From contig CAJINV010000003.1 in assembly GCA_905178155.1 (NCBI GenBank), positions 2,251,065 through 2,315,064 on the forward strand: a stretch of DNA of 64,000 bases. The letters run 5' to 3'. This DNA is from Amoebophrya sp. A120. Lineage: Eukaryota > Protista > Dinoflagellata. Shown one piece after another: positions 33,501 through 42,943 of this stretch. The notes beneath the pieces were generated by a model. It was not told where the DNA came from. It saw nothing but the letters and a program-made list of their open reading frames with translations, and ran no database searches. The number at the start of each line of letters is the position of its first letter. Within the stretch, counting starts at the first letter, position 1. A program made the position numbers and the translations under genes.

Positions 33501-35432
33501 CTCGTTGTAGAGGCAGCCCAGGCATTATGAAAGTGCACAACCCCCCCTCCCCCTCATTTGTGATGCAAAATACCGAATCCACCACTTGTCTTGTGCTGAA
33601 GGAATGTTTGCATGACAAATTTCGGAACAACCTGAAACAGTGCTACAATCCGTGTGTAGATTTGTCATGCAGAAGACCCATTTCTGCCGTTGCCTGTGTT
33701 GCCGTTCGTGCCTTACAAATAAGGCGGAGGGGGAGTTGTGCATTGTCATAGACAGGTCATGGCGAACAGGTTGTACTTGGTCTTCGGGTCTTGGCTGTAC
33801 ATCATGCGGCAAGCGTCCTGTCGCGCGGGCGTCAACTTTGCCACGGGCGCGTTTTGGCACGCCTCCTGCAAGCCAATCTTGCGGACCAACAGGTGGAGTT
33901 TCGACAGCGTCAGCCGCACCCAGTCTTGCTGTGCAGAGTGTTTGAGATAAAAATCTAAATTTTGCGGCAGAAGTAGGAGCACGGAATGTCATCTACGCTA
34001 AACTGTACTACCCAGAGACCAAGACTGCACTACTACTTCGAGTAGAAAAATCATTTAGTCGTTCTTACCCCCATCTCACTGGTCCCGCCGGTGATGTTCT
34101 GGCAGGCGTCGGAGTAGACGTCACGGGCCGCCAGAATTCTTGCGTTATACCAAGCGATGGAGTCGGCGGCGGGGAGCGTTTTGTTTGCCACCAGCGCGTC
34201 CTGCAGCTCCTCCAACAAAAGTTCCAGGTCGCTGGTCAGCAGGTTCTGGGAGAAGTAGCCCTCGAAGTCCGCCGCCTCGGGCGGCGGGGGGTGGATACCG
34301 ACCGGCACGCCGTAGTCGTACAGCATCTTGCGGCAGTAGGGAATCTTCCGGGTCAACCCAAACTTGCACTTCTTCGACCCGAAGTTGGCCGTGGCGTTGG
34401 CGAGGTTCAGCACGATGCTCTGCCCGTCCGCCTCGCACGCATCGTTCCCCGGCTCCGGCGTGGCGCCAAACGGGGCCTTCGTCTTGCAAACGACGGAGTA
34501 CAAACTGTGTTTCACGTCGGTCTGGTCCTTGTTGAACAACACCATCCGGTCCTTATCCAGTGGAAATATGTCTGGGTCTGGAAGGATCCGAACTTGTGAT
34601 GCGAATTGCGGATCGTGCAAAGATTTGTATTGCATGACTGGCAACAGGTGCTTACTTCTGGCCATGCTGAGCTGAGAGGGTATTTCTCATGCAGAAAAGG
34701 CATCACAAAGGGGCTGCAGAACCTGTGATGCTGGGACACGCATTCCAGATTTGAGGGAGCTAGGAAAAACTGCATGACAAATCTCGGAATCTTCCAGACC
34801 CAGACACATTTGCATTTCATAGTCCTGCTGCGAGTACAAACACCCTGTGGGAAGCTCACCCGTGGACACCTAGAGGGAGGTAGGGTTGTGGTGCGTTTGT
34901 AATTTTTGCTCCTCTAGCTTGAATCAAGATCATTCGATTCATATTCATTCGGACAAAGTTAGTTTCGTATAGAAAGTATCTTTAAACAGTTTGCACTATG
35001 ATCCGAGGATTTTTGCTGACATACCAACTTGACAGTCCCGACTCGACGGTCCAAGCCGAGTGTGACCGCCGCGCTGTCGCACTCCTCGGCACTGGCGACT
35101 TTCTCTGCGCCGGTGGCTAAGCAGGTCGTTGCCGCGCCGTAGTTTTTGTAGGTGGACAGGGAAATCAAGCTGCTTGCGGGGCTCGCCGGCGGGGTTTGCG
35201 CGGCACTTTGACGCAGACTGGTGCGCGAGAATGCGTTTTTCGCCGACGACGAGGCGGCAAGCGCGCTGTTTCCCTCGAACATCGCCGTCTGCATCAGCAT
35301 GGCCTCGGACTGCGCGAACTTGTCCGAACCGGACATTTGCGTGGAGGCCGGTGGTAGGCCGGGGTAAAAGCCCACGGACATCGCGAGTGCCGGCTGGAGT
35401 AATGCGGTAGCATGAAATCCCCGTCTCGCCAT
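30510..35432 (-). CDS. Secreted cysteine-rich (EGF/TNFR-like repeats) protein; 11 exons
   Basis: Signal-like N-terminus and Cys clusters (CEPCPLGKF, ACVCRAGWG). Exons 35432-35025, 34869-34822, 34548-34069, 33928-33751, 33520-33469, 33228-33109, 32776-32725, 32458-32359, 31882-31620, 31504-31168, 30985-30510 join in frame. An upstream in-frame ATG at 35528 is possible. Confidence 0.72.
32085..32341. mobile_element. Family A element nested in canonical intron 31883-32358
   Basis: TIR tatcaaatgcaaaagtgtctgggtctggaag and direct repeat gacta. Full-length inverted homolog of 10739-10988. Removing it alone hits a stop (FLGTRLLN*), whereas the GT-AG intron around it keeps the frame. Confidence 0.88.
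32464..32724. mobile_element. Introner-type intron, family A
   Basis: TIR tatcaaatgtaaaagtgtctgggtctggaag / cttccagacccagacacttttgcaatccata. Direct repeat tgcct. Removal gives ..STKAPGDGG.. Confidence 0.92.
32782..33108. mobile_element. Introner-type intron, family E
   Basis: TIR tatcgaagggaaaatcccccctctccata / tatggggaggggggatttttccttttgata. Direct repeat gactc. Removal gives ..REGESVEDVC.. Confidence 0.92.
33234..33468. mobile_element. Introner-type intron, family D
   Basis: TIR tatgaggttctcaaacgttaaattctcaactg / cagttgagaatgtaacgcttgagaacgccata. Direct repeat aacgt. Removal gives ..RAATLVRKT.. Confidence 0.92.
33526..33750. mobile_element. Introner-type intron, family F
   Basis: TIR tatgaaagtgcacaaccccccctcc / ggagggggagttgtgcattgtcata. 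Diverged direct repeat ggcat/gacag. Removal gives ..AMTCLGCLY.. Confidence 0.85.
34554..34821. mobile_element. Introner-type intron, family A
   Basis: TIR tatccagtggaaatatgtctgggtctggaag / cttccagacccagacacatttgcatttcata. Direct repeat gtcct. Removal gives ..YSQQDRMVLF.. Confidence 0.92.
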
Positions 35433-35932
35433 ACTCCTTGTTCCACCACTTTTTAGTACCGACGAAGATGACGAGGAGGTGGATCGGCAGCTGGGCCGGG
35501 ATATCGTCCCGCTAGCGGTTCGCTGCATTGTCTCCTCCTGCTCCGTCGCCGCTGATTTGCAAGAATAGGTCCTCTGAAGTAGAGTCTCACAAGGTGCGTG
35601 TCAGCTGCCAACAAGAGAAACGCAAAACTCAAGTCGGCAGCCACATCATTTTCAATATTTGTTCCTACGCCTCCTTTTTACCGACAAAACCAAACCGCCA
35701 CAAGACCTGCGTACCTCCGGTATGACGCCTCTAGATGACATGAACATGGATCCGCACACTCAGTTATGACACTCTACTCTCTCTCATCGTGGAAGCCCAC
35801 TCTCCGGATACGCGACCTGACAAAAACTTGGACAAGAAAGAAGACTTCACACCCTACTTGCAACGACTCACACACACTGGCAGTGCCTCATATTGCTCAA
35901 GAGGAGCAGCGGTGAAGACCTAGGGGCTGACA

Positions 35933-38897
35933 TAAAGAAAAAGCCAAAGCAGAACAACGCCCAATCCCGGAAGCCCAGATGCGGCACCCCTTGCGCAGGC
36001 GAATCCCGGCGGCACGGCGGATTTTTTACCTATCTCCTGGGGGGTTGCGCGGATTTCCGGCTAAGCGAGGCCCAATTACGACGGCAGTACCCCTGCGCTG
36101 CGCCGTTCCCTTTTTTTCTAAAGAAAGAGTCGAAGCAAAAAAACGCCCAAGCCCGGGAGCCCAAAAGCGCCACCCCTTGCGCAGGCGAATCCCAGCGGCA
36201 CGGATGATTTTTTACCTGTCCCCTGGGGGGCTGCGTGGATTTCCGGCTAAGCGAGGCCCAATCACGACGGCAGTGCCCCTGCGCTGCGCCGTTCCCTTTT
36301 TTTCTAAAGAAAGGGTCGAAGCAAAAAAACGCCCAAGCCCGGGAGCCCAAAAGCGCCACCCCTTGCGCAGGCGAATCCCGGCGGCACGGAGGAGTTTTTA
36401 CCTATCTCCTGGGGGGCTGCGCGGATTTCCGGCTAAGCGAGGCCCAATCACGACGGCAGTACCCCTGCGCTGCGCCGTTCCCTTTTTTTCTAAAGAAAGA
36501 GTCGAAGCAAAAAAACGCCCAAGCCCGGGAGCCCAAAAGCGCCACCCCTTGCGCAGGCGAATCCCGGCGGCACGGCGGAGTTTTTACCTATCTCCTGGGG
36601 GGCTGCGCGGATTTCCGGCTAAGCGAGGCCCAATCACGACGGCAGTACCCCTGCGCTGCGCCGTTCCCTTTTTTTCTAAAGAAAGAGTCGAAGCAAAAAA
36701 ACGCCCAAGCCCGGGAGCCCAAAAGCGCCACCCCTTGCGCAGGCGAATCCCGGCGGCACGGCGGAGTTTTTACCTATCTCCTGGGGGGCTGCGCGGATTT
36801 CCGGCTAAGCGAGGCCCAATCACGACGGCAGTACCCCTGCGCTGCGCCGTTCCCTTTTTTTCTAAAGAAAGAGTCGAAGCAAAAAAACGCCCAAGCCCGG
36901 GAGCCCAAAAGCGCCACCCCTTGCGCAGGCGAATCCCGGCGGCACGGCGGAGTTTTTACCTATCTCCTGGGGGGCTGCGCGGATTTCCGGCTAAGCGAGG
37001 CCCAATCACGACGGCAGTACCCCTGCGCTGCGCCGTTCCCTTTTTTTCTAAAGAAAGAGTCGAAGCAAAAAAACGCCCAAGCCCGGGAGCCCAAAAGCGC
37101 CACCCCTTGCGCAGGCGAATCCCGGCGGCACGGCGGAGTTTTTACCTATCTCCTGGGGGGCTGCGCGGATTTCCGGCTAAGCGAGGCCCAATCACGACGG
37201 CAGTACCCCTGCGCTGCGCCGTTCCCTTTTTTTCTAAAGAAAGAGTCGAAGCAAAAAAACGCCCAAGCCCGGGAGCCCAAAAGCGCCACCCCTTGCGCAG
37301 GCGAATCCCGGCGGCACGGCGGAGTTTTTACCTATCTCCTGGGGGGCTGCGCGGATTTCCGGCTAAGCGAGGCCCAATCACGACGGCAGTACCCCTGCGC
37401 TGCGCCGTTCCCTTTTTTTCTAAAGAAAGAGTCGAAGCAAAAAAACGCCCAAGCCCGGGAGCCCAAAAGCGCCACCCCTTGCGCAGGCGAATCCCGGCGG
37501 CACGGCGGAGTTTTTACCTATCTCCTGGGGGGCTGCGCGGATTTCCGGCTAAGCGAGGCCCAATCACGACGGCAGTACCCCTGCGCTGCGCCGTTCCCTT
37601 TTTTTCTAAAGAAAGAGTCGAAGCAAAAAAACGCCCAAGCCCGGGAGCCCAAAAGCGCCACCCCTTGCGCAGGCGAATCCCGGCGGCACGGCGGAGTTTT
37701 TACCTATCTCCTGGGGGGCTGCGCGGATTTCCGGCTAAGCGAGGCCCAATCACGACGGCAGTACCCCTGCGCTGCGCCGTTCCCTTTTTTTCTAAAGAAA
37801 GAGTCGAAGCAAAAAAACGCCCAAGCCCGGGAGCCCAAAAGCGCCACCCCTTGCGCAGGCGAATCCCGGCGGCACGGCGGATTTTTTACCTATCTCCTGG
37901 GGGGCTGCGCGGATTTCCGGCTAAGCGAGGCCCAATCACGACGGCAGTACCCCTGCGCTGCGCCGTTCCCTTTTTTTCTAAAGAAAGAGTCGAAGCAAAA
38001 AAACGCCCAAGCCCGGGAGCCCAAAAGCGCCACCCCTTGCGCAGGCGAATCCCGGCGGCACGGCGGATTTTTTACCTATCTCCTGGGGGGCTGCGCGGAT
38101 TTCCGGCTAAGCGAGGCCCAATCACGACGGCAGTACCCCTGCGCTGCGCCGTTCCCTTTTTTTCTAAAGAAAGAGTCGAAGCAAAAAAACGCCCAAGCCC
38201 GGGAGCCCAAAAGCGCCACCCCTTGCGCAGGCGAATCCCGGCGGCACGGCGGATTTTTTACCTATCTCCTGGGGGGTTGCGCGGATTTCCGGCTAAGCGA
38301 GGCCCAATCACGACGGCAGTACCCCTGCGCTGCGCCGTTCCCTTTTTTTCTAAAGAAAGAGTCGAAGCAAAAAAACGCCCAAGCCCGGGAGCCCAAAAGC
38401 GCCACCCCTTGCGCAGGCGAATCCCGGCGGCACGGCGGATTTTTTACCTATCTCCTGGGGGGTTGCGCGGATTTCCGGCTAAGCGAGGCCCAATCACGAC
38501 GGCAGTACCCCTGCGCTGCGCCGTTCCCTTTTTTTCTAAAGAAAGAGTCGAAGCAAAAAAACGCCCAAGCCCGGGAGCCCAAAAGCGCCACCCCCTGCGC
38601 AGGCGAATCCCGGCGGCACGGCGGATTTTTTACCTATCTCCTGGGGGGTTGCGCGGATTTCCGGCTAAGCGAGGCCCAGTCACGACGGCAGTACCCCTGC
38701 GCTGCGCCGTTCCCTTTTTTTCTAAAGAAAGAGTCGAAGCCAAAAAACGTCCAAGCCCGGGAGCCCAAAAGCGCCACCCCTCGCGCAGGCGAAACCCGGC
38801 GGCACGGCGGATTTTTTACCTATCTCCTGGTGGGTTGCGCGGATTTCCGGCTAAGCGAGGCCCAATCACGACGGCAGTACCCCTGCGCTGCGCCGTT
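35933..38897. repeat. 186-bp tandem array, ~16 near-identical copies
   Basis: ctaagcgagg recurs at 36061, 36247 ... 37921 (exactly 10 x 186). The first partial unit is degenerate. No indels were seen between units. Confidence 0.97.
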
Positions 38898-38999
38898 GAC
38901 CTGAACTACCCCTGCGCAAAACGACGACATGAACAGCTAATTGCTGACTGCGGTCGATCTGAAGCCATCTATAACAAGATAACTTCTGCAAAAAGTTAG
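35979..38999 (+). CDS. Putative highly basic 62-aa repeat protein (1006 aa) encoded by the tandem array
   Basis: ATG-to-stop frame open over the whole array. Of 19 distinct variant sites counted between units, 14 are synonymous in this frame. Confidence 0.45.
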   Translation: MRHPLRRRIPAARRIFYLSPGGLRGFPAKRGPITTAVPLRCAVPFFSKERVEAKKRPSPGAQKRHPLRRRIPAARMIFYLSPGGLRGFPAKRGPITTAVPLRCAVPFFSKERVEAKKRPSPGAQKRHPLRRRIPAARRSFYLSPGGLRGFPAKRGPITTAVPLRCAVPFFSKERVEAKKRPSPGAQKRHPLRRRIPAARRSFYLSPGGLRGFPAKRGPITTAVPLRCAVPFFSKERVEAKKRPSPGAQKRHPLRRRIPAARRSFYLSPGGLRGFPAKRGPITTAVPLRCAVPFFSKERVEAKKRPSPGAQKRHPLRRRIPAARRSFYLSPGGLRGFPAKRGPITTAVPLRCAVPFFSKERVEAKKRPSPGAQKRHPLRRRIPAARRSFYLSPGGLRGFPAKRGPITTAVPLRCAVPFFSKERVEAKKRPSPGAQKRHPLRRRIPAARRSFYLSPGGLRGFPAKRGPITTAVPLRCAVPFFSKERVEAKKRPSPGAQKRHPLRRRIPAARRSFYLSPGGLRGFPAKRGPITTAVPLRCAVPFFSKERVEAKKRPSPGAQKRHPLRRRIPAARRSFYLSPGGLRGFPAKRGPITTAVPLRCAVPFFSKERVEAKKRPSPGAQKRHPLRRRIPAARRIFYLSPGGLRGFPAKRGPITTAVPLRCAVPFFSKERVEAKKRPSPGAQKRHPLRRRIPAARRIFYLSPGGLRGFPAKRGPITTAVPLRCAVPFFSKERVEAKKRPSPGAQKRHPLRRRIPAARRIFYLSPGGLRGFPAKRGPITTAVPLRCAVPFFSKERVEAKKRPSPGAQKRHPLRRRIPAARRIFYLSPGGLRGFPAKRGPITTAVPLRCAVPFFSKERVEAKKRPSPGAQKRHPLRRRIPAARRIFYLSPGGLRGFPAKRGPVTTAVPLRCAVPFFSKERVEAKKRPSPGAQKRHPSRRRNPAARRIFYLSPGGLRGFPAKRGPITTAVPLRCAVDLNYPCAKRRHEQLIADCGRSEAIYNKITSAKS

Positions 39000-39732
39000 C
39001 AAAGATTAGCAAGCTTAGCATGATTTGGTTTTCTTTGAATTTCGTTGGTGGCCGTGGCAGCCGCAGCTTTGCATTCGGATGCACTTGTGGTTGAGGTCGA
39101 GCTTGCATTGTTAGTTTCAAAATAAAGCCGACGCTCACGCTCGTACTCCGCCTGATCGACTAGTACCTCCTGATGACGGATTGATAGTTTCTTGTTGGCG
39201 GAATGTCGGTTATTGCGGTACAGGTTCTAGTCAGACAGAGGCACGCCATGCCGTCGCAAAAACTATCGTCGTAGCGGACGCCAGAAGAGATTCAAATTTC
39301 TGCGTTCAACTTCTAGCGGAAATAGGAATAGCTCGGGATAGCTCTTTATTGAAATAAATGGCGGTAGAGGCGAGAGGCACTAGGCGTCGCAATTTCAAAT
39401 TCAATATTCAATTTATCTATCAATTTGATACAAAAAAGCAAATCTTTCAAAACTAAACCTATCACTCGGGGTGAGCAGACGCTTCGGTTCCGGTTGTTGC
39501 TAATCTATCATACAAGAAAATCAAAATTCACTCCCTCGAAACTGTTGAATCATTCATCGTACACGAAAAGCTCTGGTTTAAACTGTTGGGAGGCCTCTCC
39601 TTCTTGAATGATACATTTCCTGCTTAATGCGGAGGTCAGAACAAAGTCACAAGTTGACCTTAGTTATGTTCAACGATCAGAGAAAGAAATCAAGGCTCGC
39701 TACTGCACCCAAAAAATACATATTGACACGGT

Positions 39733-42700
39733 TCAATCCTGATTTTTGATGGCATTGTGAAGACAAAATGTCTTCAGCTTTGCCACATCCTGCTCGGATC
39801 TTTTGGGATTGTTAATCCCATTTTTCCTTATCTTCTCCACATCGGCTTGCCAGTCCGCCTTGGTCCTTGGGGTTCCTTGCCACTGGACTCCGGGATCCGC
39901 CGGCTTTCCGGCGGTGAAGCGCGGCGACAGAGCCTTACCGGTGCCGCCCCCCGGGAGCATTTCCTCCGCCAGCTCTACAATTTTCTCCTTCGGCAAACTG
40001 TTCAACTCCGACACGGTGGTTCCGAGGGATCTGGAGGTGCAAACGTGGCGGTACTTGCTGTTTAGCTGCTGGTGATACGACTCTACCCACTGCCAGAAAG
40101 TCTGTTGTTTCGAAGTCAGAAAATTCAAATCTATGCCACCAAACTGCACCCTGGATACAGTGACAAAGAGTCAAACCTCTTGTCGGTAAATGATGACTAT
40201 GTCAGATGAAGAATGCTGAAACAAATTATACGTTTTCGGGAATATCGTCACCGTGCGCGAAATTCGTCGAATTTTCGTACTCCCTTGCGATTTGGTCGAC
40301 TCCTGGAAGCCTCTGCACGCCGGCATCCTTCATAACCAACTCTATGTCCCTTCCCTGCAGGAGCTCTAGTATCGCGTGCGCGAGTGGATCTGTTGTAGTT
40401 TGTGGAGCTGTGCTACTTGTTGTACATTTGTTTCTCTCTCATGGCTCTTTGAATGTTGCCCGGATAGAGTATGCTTCTGATGCGTATCAGTGGCAAAAGC
40501 CAAAAGAGCTGACACAAAATGGAAGAGCTAGACTGACGCCAATGCGGACGTTGTACTTATGCATCACACACACACACACTCACACACATTCACATCAGGA
40601 CGAAAACATAGAAAAACAACTGAATCCAATACCGCTCACTGAAAATTTCTGCTTGTTTTCTTCGAACGCGAGGTACGCATTGAAGAAGAACGTAGAGACC
40701 TTGTTGATGTCCCCGTCGCACAAGAGCTTGTCAAAGTACAGTTTGCTCTTGTAAGGTAAAGCAGTTCGGACCATGGAGGTCATGCTTTCCACTGTGGTTT
40801 TCCGGCGGCGATCCTAGAAGTGTGATCATGTTGAAAGAAAATTGATTTACAAAAGCGAAAGAGACCTTTGTTGCGCAGGCATACAACTACCATGAAAAAG
40901 GATACACAATGTCCATCTGGTCTACAAAAAAATATACCTGCTGGCGAAACTGGCTGTGGAGATTTTTCAAAATGTACCACAGCGGCCCTCTCACGTTCTC
41001 AAATATCTTCTTTCGTGTAATCAACCAAATCTCCTCCTGCAGCAAATCGCGGTTAGACGATTTTGTTCCGAACATCTCGAATGCGCAAAGACCAATCTGC
41101 AACTTGTCTAGCAGTGCGGGGTCCTTCTGCTCGGACACCTGGTACCCATCTGTTCCGCAGTCTGGCGTAATGTCCCGCGACTCACAACTCGTACGCGCTG
41201 AGCCGAAGTCGATAACAACTATGCCGGGGCCTGACAGCATAATTAATACCCTTTATCCATGTCACGTTGAGACTCATGCGGAGGCTGCGACTCCTTGCAC
41301 AACATTTTTGAAAATCGGGCGAAAGCAAACGAGAAGCTCGAACGAACAGCAGTGAGCCGAGGGCAATTATCAAAAGTTCAATACTGATCTTAAGCGTCAC
41401 GGGATGCGACATCTTAGCGTGTGCGTGGGGGGCCATATCCTTTTTCCAAACGACATTCCCATCTTTGTCCAGCGTCTCGATCAAATCGAGCATGTTCGAC
41501 ACGTGCGTGTCCGCACCAAGGAGTTTCTGCTTCTTCGCCCCGACGTGATCGGCAAAAGTCGCTTTTTTCAGTAGAGCGGACAGGTTCTGCAGAGTGATTT
41601 TTGTTTCACTTGCGGCAAGTAAGTTTTGTCTTTCCACGAATCGACCATACACATCCTCCTCGTGCTGCACAACACCTTCAAGAACTAAAGTCAGTTGCAG
41701 TGCAAGCACGAATATTCACGTTTGGTAGCATCAATTATGAGCAACTTCTAATTGTGATGCAAGAAAAAATCGAGTGGCTTCGTCGAAAAGCATACCTGAA
41801 GGATGCCACCCGGCGGGCAGCTAAACGCTTCTGCTCCCTTTGCCGTTACACGAAAGCTGAATGGCTTCCGGATGTGCAGCGGCCGCAGAAAGCCATTATC
41901 GAAGAGATCGCTGAATGACCAGCGGTTCGACGGCAGGGCACCCTCGTGTCTCCGTGTCAACAGCAGATTCGCCGGCTTGACGTCCCGATGGAACACTGCC
42001 ATGTCCGACAACGATTGTGCAATCTGCGGTAGTGAAGCGGACGGATCAAATCGTTTTTTGAATTCAGACTTCTTGGCAAAGCCTGTGCTATCAGGTTTAG
42101 TACTTTGATTCGTGTCACAAAAATAGTAACCTCTGTAAATGTTCATGTTGTAGTTAGTACCTGCAACAAGCAGCAAATTGCGTCGGTGGCCGATATACCG
42201 CTCGCTACCAAATCGTCCAACGACGAACGCTGCCGTTTTGCCCGCTCTGATTCCGGGCAGACAGCTGATGGAAGATCCAGCGCCTTACTACCAGGGTACA
42301 TCGCGAAGTACACCTTCTTCTTGTCATAGTGGTATATGAACCTTGGTAGATACGCGGTTTCCTGTGATTGTTTTTCTGTGTCGTGATGATTGATGGTAGG
42401 TGGAATTATATCACCCTTCGCGCATTCTTATTTCGTCTCACCCCTGCTGTGCCTCGGAGGCGAGGATGTATCGTCCTCCGTGTTCACAACAAATGGAAAA
42501 CGTTCTTGGCGACCATTTGAAACAACAAAGATTATAAGTACGTGAACGACACTGTAGCGCGCGACGAGCGTCGCCAGTAGCCCTTCTCGCAGTATCGCCT
42601 TCTGCCCAACGTCTGCCACAGTTATCTCTTTCAAGGCCGTCGGTGACCAAAGCGAGGTCATGGGAGCCTGCAGCAGGTAGACTGGTGAGTTCGACTCCGC

Positions 42701-42943
42701 GATGAACGACACCTTTGCGCTTGAAAGGTCAAGCGCGCATGGCGGGAGCCAGATTGTAATGCGGCGACCATCGTGGACCAGTTCCAGGGACTGCCACGCC
42801 TCGCCGATGGACAGCGAAGTCGCGGTCGCACTCCCATCACCGGCATCCGAACTGAAGCCTTTCCCGGAGGGTGCTTTGTTCGTGCCTGTCGACGGAGCAG
42901 CAGTGCTGCTGGATGCTCCCGAGGATGAACTGGTTTCTGGCAT
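39733..42943 (-). CDS. Divergent Ser/Thr protein kinase with ~150-aa insert; ~8 exons, GT-AG introns
   Basis: TALKEI (beta3 Lys), ILRE (alphaC), FHRDVKPANLLL, VIDFGSA, CGTDGYQVSE, DKLQIGLCAFEM. Exons approx. 42943-42542, 42361-42161, 42023-41796, 41664-41385, 41230-40938, 40813-40633, 40389-40232, 40143-39733. Start and last junctions are uncertain. Confidence 0.7.
40565..40590. repeat. (CA)n microsatellite in a kinase intron
   Basis: cacacacacacacactcacacaca. Confidence 0.8.

Noticed and set aside
35933-38897. Array as CRISPR, 5S rRNA, spliced-leader RNA or tRNA repeat
   Set aside because: No unique spacers. No 5S, DinoSL (CCGTAGCCATTTTGGCTCAAG), tRNA or hammerhead core motifs are recognisable on either strand.
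36235-38904. 889-aa plus-strand ORF in the second frame of the array
   Set aside because: Interrupted by TGA in unit 2 and has no ATG start. Unit variants are more often nonsynonymous than in the 35979 frame.
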